From a virus, in IMG/VR virus record IMGVR_UViG_3300005095_000072, positions 32,001-96,000 of that record: a stretch of DNA of 64,000 nucleotides; one strand, given 5' to 3'. The position numbers were made by a program, and so were the translations under genes. This document shows, in pieces, positions 9,509 to 19,088 of the stretch (the stretch's first letter is position 1; the number at the start of each line of letters is the position of its first letter). The notes below the pieces were generated by a model. It searched no databases. It had not been told where the DNA came from and saw only the letters and a program-made list of their open reading frames with translations.

Positions 9509-10343
9509 ATCAAACAATATAGATAGTATAAAAGTTAAGAAATCTAAGATACGAAAAAAGAGGATTAAAAAATCTTCTAAAGATAGCATTGTTAATAGTA
9601 GTACTAAAGAAATTAAGTTTCAAGATATGATTAATGATGTTACTTTAGGAGAAAGTGAAGAGTTGATTAAGCTTATTCCTAATAATTCCGTAGATTTAGT
9701 AATAACAGACCCTCCTTATCTTATGGATGCTGAAAGGAAGAATAATAGAGGAACTACTATTCACTCCTTACAAAAGTTCGACGATAAAGAGTTCTTAGCT
9801 TTATGCAATGGCTTTGATATAGATTTTTTCTTAGGTGAGTTTCAAAGAGTACTTAAAAAAGTAAATATGTTTATATTTTGTAGCAATAAACAGGTATCCT
9901 CTTTAATGAAGTGGGGAGAAGATAGAGGTTACATTGTTAATTTACTTGTGTGGCATAAATATAATGCAACTCCTTTTTCTAATGGAGTATATAAAGCAGA
10001 CGTTGAGTTCATAGTGCATATTAGAGAAGGTGGGAGCATTTTTAAAGGTAAATCAACTATAAAAAATAAAGTCTTTAAAATACCTAGTGTAGTGAGTAAG
10101 TATGGACATCCAACTGAAAAACCTGTATTCTTTTATCAAAGATTTATTGATTTATGTGCTAATGATGGAGATTTAATACTAGACCCATTTGCAGGTAGTG
10201 GCACTTTAGCAGAAGCTTGTAATCATCATAAAAACATAAAGAATTTGAAGTTTATCTTATTTGAAAAATCAGAGAAATACTATAAAGTTTGTAAAGAAAG
10301 GATTAAAGGAACTTCTAAAGATTGGAGTAGTTTTTTCAAATAG
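9501..10343 (+). CDS. N6A/N4C DNA methyltransferase (beta class)
   Basis: VITDPPY, HPTEKP, ILDPFAGSGT; motif IV precedes motif I. Confidence 0.9.
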   Translation: MSKSNNIDSIKVKKSKIRKKRIKKSSKDSIVNSSTKEIKFQDMINDVTLGESEELIKLIPNNSVDLVITDPPYLMDAERKNNRGTTIHSLQKFDDKEFLALCNGFDIDFFLGEFQRVLKKVNMFIFCSNKQVSSLMKWGEDRGYIVNLLVWHKYNATPFSNGVYKADVEFIVHIREGGSIFKGKSTIKNKVFKIPSVVSKYGHPTEKPVFFYQRFIDLCANDGDLILDPFAGSGTLAEACNHHKNIKNLKFILFEKSEKYYKVCKERIKGTSKDWSSFFK

Positions 10344-10382
10344 AACTTAGTATATTGTTGTAAAGATTTTAAGAGGAAAGAA

Positions 10383-10814
10383 ATGAAGCAAGTTATAGAC
10401 GATAGTGGAGTTATTGATAGTAGTGTAAAAAGATTATATGATTTGATAAAAGATATAGCAGTTATCATTATTCCTCTTTATAGAAAACCTATAACATTAT
10501 ACTTTAAAAATAGTAAAATATCTTACAATGAAATTGATAATCCTTTAGACGAAGAAGATGAGTATCTGACTATTCATTTAGAATTATCTGAACCTATTTC
10601 TTTATCTAGTATAGTTAGTTATGGAGAGTCAATAACTAAAGATAATTATTTGAGTAATCCTCAATATTTTGTTTTTAAACAGTTATTAGAAACTGAAATT
10701 GAAAACAGATTTAGAAAGTATATGAATTGCACTGTAGAAATTGAAGATATAAATGATGGGTTAAGCAATGATGAATTGATATATGAAATCAATGTAAAGG
10801 TTTATAATGGGTAA
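10383..10814 (+). CDS. hypothetical protein
   Basis: 143 aa ORF with GAGG SD. Confidence 0.65.
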   Translation: MKQVIDDSGVIDSSVKRLYDLIKDIAVIIIPLYRKPITLYFKNSKISYNEIDNPLDEEDEYLTIHLELSEPISLSSIVSYGESITKDNYLSNPQYFVFKQLLETEIENRFRKYMNCTVEIEDINDGLSNDELIYEINVKVYNG

Positions 10815-12021
10815 AGGAAAAAACATATATACATTAAAATTACATAACTTTCAAAGAATAAAAGAACAAGAGCTTAAATTCTTTGGATTTACAGTAATTG
10901 AAGGAGCATCAGACTTAGGTAAATCTTCTATAAGAAGAGCTATTAGCTTAGTAACTCAAAATCAATGGAATAAATCTTTTGTTAGAGACGGAGAGAAGAG
11001 CTGTATTGTTAATTTTAGTTCTAATGATTTTAAGATAGAGTGTAATAGAGGGGGTAAACTAAACAAGTTCAAGTTAGTTAAAGATGGTAAAACATACATC
11101 TATGAAAAAACAGGAAAAGATGTACCAGAGAAAATAAAAGAAGTAGGCTTCGATTATCTGCATTTAAAAAATGAAAAGCTGAACTTAAATATAGTAGGGC
11201 AGTTCGACCCTCTCTTTATGGTAGGCTTTAATACAACTATGAATACAAATATTTTAAATAGTATCTTTGATATTGATTATATTGAAAAAGCAGGGGAGTT
11301 ATTAGTCAAGGACTTTAATTCTCAAAAAAGAGAACTGAAAAGAGAATTACAGGCTTTAGAGAAAAAAGAAAAAGAGCTACAATACAACAAAGAGCTTTTA
11401 GAAAAATATACCAACTTAGAAAAAGCTTTATCTGTAGTAGATAGAATATCTTTATATAAAGATTATTTCAATAAAGAGAAAGAGGTCAGTATTTTAGATT
11501 TAAGGCTTAAAAAGCTTCAAGGTATATCAAAGTATAGAGAAGTTATTAAAAAGCTAAATAAGCTTAGTTCTGTGGCTCAAAAAAGGGTTAAATATATAAA
11601 AGATTTAAAGATAATCCAAAAGAGGATAAATTTATATAACAATATTGTTATAATTGATGATATAAACCATTTAAAAGAAATCCACTTAGAAAGAGAAGAG
11701 TTAGAAAAAGAGCTTAAAAATTTATTTAAGAAAAATGAACTATTAAAATATATTAGCATTGTTAAGTCTATTAACCACTATAACCATATATTTTTAGAGT
11801 ATAGTATTAAGTCAATGAAAGTAGAACTTATAAAGAAAGTAGAAAGTTATTATAAGATAGATAAGTACTTAAGTATATATGAAAAGTATCAAAAAGTGCA
11901 AAAAGATATTAAGCTTATTGTTAAGAGATATAAAGAAGTTAAAAAGAAATTAGATAATATGACTTGTCCAACTTGTGGTAGTGTATTATCTAAAGTTCAT
12001 AATCATAAAGGAAAGAGATGA
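10807..12021 (+). CDS. SbcC/Rad50-like ATPase, N-terminal half
   Basis: LHNFQ, Walker A GASDLGKSS, Q-loop GQFD, coiled coil, zinc hook CPTCG at the C-terminus. No signature or Walker B. Confidence 0.85.
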   Translation: MGKGKNIYTLKLHNFQRIKEQELKFFGFTVIEGASDLGKSSIRRAISLVTQNQWNKSFVRDGEKSCIVNFSSNDFKIECNRGGKLNKFKLVKDGKTYIYEKTGKDVPEKIKEVGFDYLHLKNEKLNLNIVGQFDPLFMVGFNTTMNTNILNSIFDIDYIEKAGELLVKDFNSQKRELKRELQALEKKEKELQYNKELLEKYTNLEKALSVVDRISLYKDYFNKEKEVSILDLRLKKLQGISKYREVIKKLNKLSSVAQKRVKYIKDLKIIQKRINLYNNIVIIDDINHLKEIHLEREELEKELKNLFKKNELLKYISIVKSINHYNHIFLEYSIKSMKVELIKKVESYYKIDKYLSIYEKYQKVQKDIKLIVKRYKEVKKKLDNMTCPTCGSVLSKVHNHKGKR

Positions 12022-12473
12022 AAATTAAAGCAAGTGTATATAATAAACAACCTATTTTAATGATAGAGGAAATAAAAGATAACAACAAATATATAAATAT
12101 GGATTCTGTAGCTCCTGATGTAGTTCAAACAATAACTAGAGAGTATGTAGAGGCAGAACTTAGAATAGTCGCAGACGAAGCCCAATCATTGTCTATGTTT
12201 AAGGATGAGGCTGTTAAGAAATTAACAAAACAGTATGTAGAGAATCACATGGTTGTAGAAAGGCATTACACAGAAATACCTTACACACATTCATATATAG
12301 CTAGATTAAAAGTTGCAGAAGATAAAGATATACAAGAACTAAGAGTGTGTAAAGAAAAGGTTATAAATTTAGAAACTGCTGTTGAGTTACAAAAACAGAT
12401 GATAGACTCAAAAGATAAGATAATAGAAGAGCTAAAAAATAGAACTATATGGGATTATATATCTATATGGTGA
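12018..12473 (+). CDS. hypothetical protein
   Basis: 151 aa ORF with a C-terminal coiled coil. Confidence 0.65.
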   Translation: MKIKASVYNKQPILMIEEIKDNNKYINMDSVAPDVVQTITREYVEAELRIVADEAQSLSMFKDEAVKKLTKQYVENHMVVERHYTEIPYTHSYIARLKVAEDKDIQELRVCKEKVINLETAVELQKQMIDSKDKIIEELKNRTIWDYISIW

Positions 12474-12481
12474 GGTAATCT

Positions 12482-13543
12482 ATGGAGAAGTTAGTAGATA
12501 GTTTCTTTGTCATAAAAGACCCTCATAACAGATTTGGTTTTAATGTTCCTATATCAAGGCAAGATACCTATTTTGATGAGATTAAAGATAAATATAAACA
12601 TTTAAAAGAGCTTGGAAAAAAGTATAATGTTAAAAAGCTTTATATAGCAGGGGATATAAATGACATAAAGACTTTACATCTATGGTTATTTAAACATACT
12701 AAATTGAACTCAAAAGTATTAGAAGATTTAAAAGAGCAGTTTAATATTTTTACGATAGCAGGTAATCACGATTTACCTTATTCATCTAAAGAGTATAAAC
12801 AGGAAAGTGTCTATCAGCACTATGTAGATAACAATTTAATCAACGATATTGATAATAGATATATAGTTCATAAAAGTTATATAATTGTAGGACTAGACTT
12901 TGAATCAAAGATAAAGAACTTAGAAGATAGACTTAAAAAAGTAAATGCTAAATTTAAGAGATTGAAGAGTAAATACCCTCAAAAAAAGATGATTGTAATG
13001 TTTCATGAACATATAACACCTAATCCTGATAATGAACCTGAGTTAAAGTATTCAACTTATTTTAGTTATGATTATTTAGCTAAGAAGTATAAATATATAG
13101 ATATGTTTATAGCAGGTCATTACCATAAAGGCTACCCAACTACAACATATAAAAGAAAGATATTTGTAAATCCTTTTAATTTTGCAAGGTTAGCTAGAAG
13201 TAACTACACTTTAGATGGCTCACATAAACCAACTGTAACAATGGTTAGATTTTATAAAAACAAAGATAAAATTATTGTTAAGTATAAAGATATAGTATTG
13301 AGGCATAAACCTTTTGAGGAAGCTATCAAGATAGATAAAATATTAGAAGAAGCTAAGGCTGAACTTTCTATAGATGAGTTTGTAAGCAATATAAACTCTT
13401 TAGATGATATTAAGTCAATGCTTAGTGATGATAATCTTTCAATGTATGATATTGATAAGCTTGATGAAGCTAACCTAAGTGATGAAGTTAAGGAAAAAAT
13501 AAAGTATTACATATCTTCTGCTAAAGAAAGTCAAAGAGGGTAA
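12482..13543 (+). CDS. sbcD: SbcD/Mre11-like metallophosphoesterase nuclease
   Basis: DPH, AGDIND, AGNHD, MFHE, AGHYH motifs. Confidence 0.88.
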   Translation: MEKLVDSFFVIKDPHNRFGFNVPISRQDTYFDEIKDKYKHLKELGKKYNVKKLYIAGDINDIKTLHLWLFKHTKLNSKVLEDLKEQFNIFTIAGNHDLPYSSKEYKQESVYQHYVDNNLINDIDNRYIVHKSYIIVGLDFESKIKNLEDRLKKVNAKFKRLKSKYPQKKMIVMFHEHITPNPDNEPELKYSTYFSYDYLAKKYKYIDMFIAGHYHKGYPTTTYKRKIFVNPFNFARLARSNYTLDGSHKPTVTMVRFYKNKDKIIVKYKDIVLRHKPFEEAIKIDKILEEAKAELSIDEFVSNINSLDDIKSMLSDDNLSMYDIDKLDEANLSDEVKEKIKYYISSAKESQRG

Positions 13544-13547
13544 AAAG

Positions 13548-14498
13548 ATGAGTGAAAATTCTAATAGACGAGTAATTAGTAGGAAATACCAAAGACCAAT
13601 ATATGTATCTTATAGTATGTATAAATGTTATAAGAGCTGTAAAGAATGGTTTAGGCAGAAGTATATACTTAAAAAACAAGTAACATCTGACAATGAAGAT
13701 TATAATGGTTATCATAGTGCAGTAGGTAAAGCTATTCAAGCAGTTTTTGAAAATGTTATAAATAAAGGTATCAACTATAAAGATTTAGATATTTTATTTC
13801 AAAAAATAGACAAAGATATAATCAATATTTCAAATATCTTATATAGCGATATTGATAAGATAAACTCAATGGATAGAGTTGTTAGTATTGATGGAAACAC
13901 TATTATAAAAGAGTTCGAGCCAACTCATATAAAATCTCTAAGTGGTGGAACTTTAAAAAGTGCTAGGATTGATTTTATAAGAGAGGTGATATCTGTTTAT
14001 AAAAACCCTTTAAAAACTTTGTTAAGTACTTATGATGTTAAACATATATCAAGTGAAGTGAAATTAAGTTACCTAAATAAAGAGTTGAACTTAAATATGA
14101 ATGGAATATTAGACTTTCTAATTTATGATAAAGCTTCAGATAGTTATATTATATTTGATGGGAAAAGAACTTATAATCCTGATTATATAGATAAAGAACA
14201 GCTAATATTTTATAAAATACTTGTAGAGAAGAACTATAAAAAGAAAGTTAAAAAACTAGGCTTTATAGATTTTACAACAGGTGAAACACATCTTATTAAA
14301 GTAACTGAAAAAGATGTTAAAGAGTATCTAAAAGATTTATCTAAGTTTGCTAATGATTATAGTAATATAGAGAAAGAACAAAAATGTAAAATAGGCTACC
14401 ACTGTAATTGGTGTCCTATAAATAATGATTGTTTAGTTTATAGCAAAAAGACTGTATATGATGGTAAGAAATTAAAATATCAAAAGATTAAAGGGTAA
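13548..14498 (+). CDS. PD-(D/E)XK exonuclease, Cas4/AddB-like with four Cys
   Basis: SYSMYKCYKSC, GILD...IFDGKR, EQLIFY, C-terminal HCNWCPINNDC. Confidence 0.8.
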   Translation: MSENSNRRVISRKYQRPIYVSYSMYKCYKSCKEWFRQKYILKKQVTSDNEDYNGYHSAVGKAIQAVFENVINKGINYKDLDILFQKIDKDIINISNILYSDIDKINSMDRVVSIDGNTIIKEFEPTHIKSLSGGTLKSARIDFIREVISVYKNPLKTLLSTYDVKHISSEVKLSYLNKELNLNMNGILDFLIYDKASDSYIIFDGKRTYNPDYIDKEQLIFYKILVEKNYKKKVKKLGFIDFTTGETHLIKVTEKDVKEYLKDLSKFANDYSNIEKEQKCKIGYHCNWCPINNDCLVYSKKTVYDGKKLKYQKIKG

Positions 14499-14501
14499 AA
14501 G

Positions 14502-14633
14502 ATGGCATGGATACCTTTTCTAAATGACGAAGAGAACGAGAGCTTTAGGGATCTATTTGAAGAAATAGATATAAGTGATTCTGAACAAGAATATTACCCT
14601 TGTGAAGATGATGCAGAGGAAGACAATGACTAA
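14502..14633 (+). CDS. small acidic protein (43 aa), not in the ORF track
   Basis: MAWIPFLNDEENESFRDLFEEIDISDSEQEYYPCEDDAEEDND after AAGGG; overlaps the next ATG. Confidence 0.45.
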   Translation: MAWIPFLNDEENESFRDLFEEIDISDSEQEYYPCEDDAEEDND

Positions 14634-15051
14634 GCTAAGTAGAATAGATTTAGTAGCTTTGTGTAGCAATTATTGTGATTTATATGAGAAAGAATCAACT
14701 AGCAAACAATTAGAGTTTTATAAAACAAAATTAGGAGTTAAGGTTAATAGAAAATCTAGCAACACTTTTGTTAGGATTTATAATTCATTTGCTAGAGAAG
14801 AGTATAAGATAGGTGATAAAGATGATATGAGTGTCAATAAACTACTATATTTTGTTTTTAGGGCAATACCTTATAAAGTTCCTTTAGGTGATATGAATAA
14901 ATATCTTTTAGACACTAAGTTAGATGTAGATGTTAATCAAATATCTAAGAAAGAGAAAAAAGAACTGGTAGAGAAAACTGTTAATGACAAGTTAAATAAA
15001 TATTGGAAAGAAAAAGGATACATAGATGGGAAAAGTGAAGAAGATAAATGA
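14626..15051 (+). CDS. hypothetical protein
   Basis: ATG 14626 after GAGGA, in the frame of ORF 14575. Confidence 0.6.
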   Translation: MTKLSRIDLVALCSNYCDLYEKESTSKQLEFYKTKLGVKVNRKSSNTFVRIYNSFAREEYKIGDKDDMSVNKLLYFVFRAIPYKVPLGDMNKYLLDTKLDVDVNQISKKEKKELVEKTVNDKLNKYWKEKGYIDGKSEEDK

Positions 15052-15313
15052 AGATGAAATACTTGAAAAGTTTGAAGAACTTAAGTTAGATGAAAAGAAT
15101 TTATCTAAGCAGAAAACTAAGTTAGAGTTAGAGCTTGATAGGTTAGAGGAAGAACTGAATGAGCTTGAAGAGGATTTATCCAAAGATTTAGGTAAAGATA
15201 TATCTATTAACTCAGAAGAAGACTTAGAGGATTTAGAGTTAATTAAGAAAGATTATCTAAAAAAAGCTAACGAGCTTATAGAAGAAATAGAGGAGCTTGA
15301 AAAAGATGGCTAA
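15026..15313 (+). CDS. pure coiled-coil protein (possible SbcC arm segment)
   Basis: 95 aa with E/K/L heptads. Confidence 0.6.
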   Translation: MGKVKKINEDEILEKFEELKLDEKNLSKQKTKLELELDRLEEELNELEEDLSKDLGKDISINSEEDLEDLELIKKDYLKKANELIEEIEELEKDG

Positions 15314-15494
15314 ATATCTTAAGCAAAATGGAGATAGAGTTAAATTTAACAACTGCTATGTCAAGATTGACAATAAAGGTAGATTGTATATAGAGGAGGG
15401 TAGTGTAAAGAGGTATGTAGTTAAATGCAACGGCAATATTGATTATGCTACAAAAGATAAAATAAAAGAAGTTACTAAAACAAATAGAACTTAA
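15306..15494 (+). CDS. hypothetical protein
   Basis: Small ORF overlapping the upstream stop. Confidence 0.5.
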   Translation: MAKYLKQNGDRVKFNNCYVKIDNKGRLYIEEGSVKRYVVKCNGNIDYATKDKIKEVTKTNRT

Positions 15495-15520
15495 TTTTAA
15501 AAGTTATAAAAGGATAAAAG

Positions 15521-16285
15521 ATGGGATTACAGATATTTAGTATAGATATAGAAACAACTGGTTTATCTCCTGATAACTCAGATTTATTGGAAATAGGGTT
15601 AGCTTATTATGATTTTGAAAAGATGAAAGGAAAGACTTATCAAGAGATGTTAAGTGAAGTTCCTAAAAGAAAAATCATAACTAAGTTAAAGAAGTATAAT
15701 CAACTTCAAGGAAATATAGTTGCTTTTGAAATGCACTTAACAAGTGGGCTTTTACAGAACTATAAAAATTTAGATAAGGTTGAAGATATTGAACTTGAAG
15801 AAGATGTAGTTGTAGCTCACAGCTCTTTTGATGTTATAATACAGATATATAAATTTATGCTTGATGTAGGATATATTACAGATAAAGAGTTAAAAGAAAA
15901 AGGATTAGAGTTTTTAACAGCAAACTACTATAATCTAGACGATGTTGTTTCTATAGTTAAAGATTATAATTTCAGAAAAACAATAACGGTAGCAGGTAAA
16001 AATGTAGCAAGTTTTGATATACCTTATTTACAAAACTTGCTACTTGAATGGAATAAGTATATGAGAGTTCGTCATAGAGTATTTGATCCTACAGTATTTT
16101 TCTATGATAAGAGCTTAGATAGACTTCCTGATTTAAAACAATGTATGGATATCGCTAAAAATACAGATGAGAGTTTTCCTAGTGGAGAAGTTGCTCATGA
16201 TTCTTTAAGTGATTGTTTAGATGTGTTAAAATTGATACACTATGTAAATAATAGATATGATATATCTAAAACTTTAATAAATTAA
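15521..16285 (+). CDS. DEDDh (DnaQ-like) 3'-5' exonuclease
   Basis: SIDIETTG, GKNVASFD, AHDSLSD. Confidence 0.85.
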   Translation: MGLQIFSIDIETTGLSPDNSDLLEIGLAYYDFEKMKGKTYQEMLSEVPKRKIITKLKKYNQLQGNIVAFEMHLTSGLLQNYKNLDKVEDIELEEDVVVAHSSFDVIIQIYKFMLDVGYITDKELKEKGLEFLTANYYNLDDVVSIVKDYNFRKTITVAGKNVASFDIPYLQNLLLEWNKYMRVRHRVFDPTVFFYDKSLDRLPDLKQCMDIAKNTDESFPSGEVAHDSLSDCLDVLKLIHYVNNRYDISKTLIN

Positions 16286-16298
16286 AAGGAGATAATAA

Positions 16299-17477
16299 AT
16301 GTCAGAAGAGAAAAAGAGAAGAAGACCTAAAGCTATGAGAAGCAAAAAGGCAAAAGATATTAAAAATGATATAAACACTGAAGTAGAGGATAATTACACT
16401 GTAGCTACTTCAAGTATCGGAGATAGTGCTAAGTTTTCTTTAACAAAAGACCAAATAGCTAGAATTGTAAAAGCTATGAAACCTGTTGTAAGAGAAGATA
16501 AGTTCAAAGTTGAGGTGAATCCTGCAGGTAGTAATATAATTGTATCTGTTGATGAACAAGGATTTCAAATAGGTGTTAATCTTGGAGTGCAAACTATAAA
16601 AACTAACGAAAAGTTTGTATTTTACATAGATAAATCTATTTTGCAAAGGCTTTCTGGTATAGTAGCAGATGAAATAAAATTCGATATAACTTCTGAGAAT
16701 ATGAAGTTAGATATAGCAGGAACTGCTCTTAATTTAGGTTTAACTATTGAAGAGTTTGATGTAGATTTAAACTATAAAAGTGATATATCTGAGGTTAAAC
16801 CCAATGACTGGTTAAGTGAAATGTTAAACCGTATATCTGTTAGTAAAATAGCAGATGGTAGCCCTCTCGCACCTGTTATAGCTTTAGGAAAAGACATAAG
16901 ATATGGCTCATTAAAAAACTTGTCTCTGTATAAAAAAGGCTTTAGCAAAATAAATGTTAATGTATTACCTGAGTTTGTGAATTTTATGAAAAATGCTACA
17001 ACTTTAGGAGATAACATAGAGTTTATACAAGACAATGAAAACAAGCAATTTATAGTGAAAGTAGATAATGTTATCTATAAGACTTCTATGCTTGATATTC
17101 AATTTCCTGCTGATGTTGCTAAAATGCTAGAAGAGTTAGAAAGTGAAAGCACAGCCGAGTTTAGTAGAACTAACTTATTGCTATCTTTAGAGAGATTATC
17201 TATTCCTCTTATAGGGGCAAAAACACCTGAAATAAATATTGCTTTTCAAGAGGACAAACAAAATGCTTGGGTAGTGGTTTATAGTGTAGGTAATCAAGCG
17301 AGTAATGATATATGGGAAGCGTCTTTTGTAGAAGGAACTTCAAGTGCTATTGTAAATATATACAACTTAATGGGAGCTTTAGGGGTGGTAGATGAGAATG
17401 TTACAATAATCAACTATCAAAACTTCTTAGTGGTAAGAGATACAGTACAAGATATTTTATTAGCTAAATATCTATAA
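16299..17477 (+). CDS. dnaN: divergent DNA polymerase III beta sliding clamp
   Basis: About 390 aa with alternating alpha/beta three-domain pattern; KTSMLDIQFP, FSRTNLLLSLERLS and VNIYNLMGALGVV resemble DnaN domain 2/3 motifs; DnaX is also present. Confidence 0.65.
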   Translation: MSEEKKRRRPKAMRSKKAKDIKNDINTEVEDNYTVATSSIGDSAKFSLTKDQIARIVKAMKPVVREDKFKVEVNPAGSNIIVSVDEQGFQIGVNLGVQTIKTNEKFVFYIDKSILQRLSGIVADEIKFDITSENMKLDIAGTALNLGLTIEEFDVDLNYKSDISEVKPNDWLSEMLNRISVSKIADGSPLAPVIALGKDIRYGSLKNLSLYKKGFSKINVNVLPEFVNFMKNATTLGDNIEFIQDNENKQFIVKVDNVIYKTSMLDIQFPADVAKMLEELESESTAEFSRTNLLLSLERLSIPLIGAKTPEINIAFQEDKQNAWVVVYSVGNQASNDIWEASFVEGTSSAIVNIYNLMGALGVVDENVTIINYQNFLVVRDTVQDILLAKYL

Positions 17478-17484
17478 GTAAGTT

Positions 17485-17624
17485 GTGAGTGTTTTGTATG
17501 TCATTGTTAAGTGGAGAAATGCAATGACACAAACACTCATCTTTTTCCTTTTCCTCTAAGAAGTCAGCATGGTAGCTTAGATAAAAAGCAAACTTTACCC
17601 ATCGCAACTCTTGCTACCGTGCTG
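17485..17624 (+). ncRNA. structured intergenic element (two long hairpins)
   Basis: gtgagtgttt..tgtcattgt pairs with gcaatgaca..aaacactcat, followed by a pyrimidine tract. 17565-17576 pairs with 17613-17624 (12 bp). Confidence 0.45.
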
Positions 17625-17649
17625 TTGGATTTATAAATTTTAAGGATAA

Positions 17650-18345
17650 ATGAGTATGACTGGTATAACTTTAGAACAAGTAAAAGAAAGAAAAAACTAC
17701 TTAAAAGCTGTTACAGATGTCTTGGAAAAAGATTGTACTATTTTAAAATCTGATATAGATAATTTAACTAAAGATATATTGATATTAGAGAAGGCTAATG
17801 AGTTCATAACCTTATCCATTGAGAATAAAGTGTCTTTAGTTAAAGATAGAGTAGAAGAGCTTGTAAATTCAGGCTTAAATGCTATATTTAGAAAAGATAT
17901 ACAGTTTCAAATAAAAGCTAGTGTTAAATATTCTAAAACAGTTTTTGATTTAGTTATAAAGAAAAAAGAAGTAGAAGGGCTTACAGAAGCTCATGGAGGT
18001 GGGGTACTTTCATTAGTAGCTTTTATTTTAAGAGTAGTTGTAGTTATGTTATCTAGCAGACGGAGGTTTATAGTCTTTGATGAGAGCTTAAGTCAAGTAT
18101 CTGCTAAGTATCAACCTTTATTATCTGAGTTCATAAGTAAGCTATGTAAAGAACTAGATTTTACATTTGTTTTAATAAGTCATCAACCTTTATTATCTCA
18201 ATATGCAGATATTGTTTATGAAGCACAAGATAAAGGAAAAGAGACTATATTTATTCAAAAAGGATTAAAAGATGGAAATTGTAGTAACAAAAAACAACAA
18301 AGAGTACGAAGTAGAAAAGCTAAACTTAGTTCTAGGAGAAAATGA
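17650..18345 (+). CDS. SbcC/Rad50-like ATPase, C-terminal half
   Basis: Short coil, signature-like AHGGG, Walker B FIVFDES, H-loop LISH. No Walker A. Confidence 0.85.
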   Translation: MSMTGITLEQVKERKNYLKAVTDVLEKDCTILKSDIDNLTKDILILEKANEFITLSIENKVSLVKDRVEELVNSGLNAIFRKDIQFQIKASVKYSKTVFDLVIKKKEVEGLTEAHGGGVLSLVAFILRVVVVMLSSRRRFIVFDESLSQVSAKYQPLLSEFISKLCKELDFTFVLISHQPLLSQYADIVYEAQDKGKETIFIQKGLKDGNCSNKKQQRVRSRKAKLSSRRK

Positions 18346-18481
18346 TAAGCCTGAAAAGCTAGAAGTTACCTATCTATATGAAGATAGTGAAGGCAGTTTA
18401 AGATATGGAACTGTAGAACTTGATTTAGAGGATAAGGGTAATCAATCAACTGTGTATAATGGGTATATGAATCTAAAATAA
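18272..18481 (+). CDS. hypothetical protein
   Basis: 69 aa ORF with AAGGA SD, overlapping the tail of SbcC-C. Confidence 0.55.
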   Translation: MEIVVTKNNKEYEVEKLNLVLGENDKPEKLEVTYLYEDSEGSLRYGTVELDLEDKGNQSTVYNGYMNLK

Positions 18482-18509
18482 AAAGATAATCCAAAGGAGA
18501 TATTGAATA

Positions 18510-19088
18510 ATGAATGATACATACAGAGACACAAAAATAGAAAAAGTATTGAAGTTAAAATCATTAAGAGATGAAGATAAGGATTTTTATGTTAAAGCTC
18601 TAAATAGTGATATAGTTTTATATAGCATAGATGATAAAGCTAGTATTCTCACAAATGAGTTAAGTTGCACTAAGTTCGACTATGATAGTTTAGATATTTA
18701 TTCTACAGATGGAACTATGTTAGATAGCTCTTTTATAAAAGAAGACAGTAAAACTGTTATAGCAAACACTTTAAGTGCTTTGGATTTAGTTTCTAAGAGT
18801 GCTAAGGATGATATAGAATTTATAAAAAATGTATCTATTTATTTAGATAATAACAATATTAGATTTATTGTAGAGTTAAATGATAAACTAGATACTGATG
18901 ATATTTCTAAGTTCGTAGGTAAAGAGTTCAGCAATCTTAATTTTGTTAAAAAGATTTATATAATGAACTCAGGACAGTATAATAAAAAAGTAAGTATGTA
19001 TTACTTGAACACAGGGTTTAAACATAGAGATAGCAATGGAAAAAGAAACATTCAAAAAAACACCAAAAAGAACTTTAAAACTAAATAA
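18510..19088 (+). CDS. hypothetical protein
   Basis: 192 aa ORF with AAGGAG SD. Confidence 0.65.
   Translation: MNDTYRDTKIEKVLKLKSLRDEDKDFYVKALNSDIVLYSIDDKASILTNELSCTKFDYDSLDIYSTDGTMLDSSFIKEDSKTVIANTLSALDLVSKSAKDDIEFIKNVSIYLDNNNIRFIVELNDKLDTDDISKFVGKEFSNLNFVKKIYIMNSGQYNKKVSMYYLNTGFKHRDSNGKRNIQKNTKKNFKTK

Noticed and set aside
12018-12035. MKIKAS start as another cargo tag
   Set aside because: Imperfect match, outside the head module; not counted.
17485-17624. tRNA in this gap or at 29095-29200
   Set aside because: No cloverleaf or T-loop consensus.
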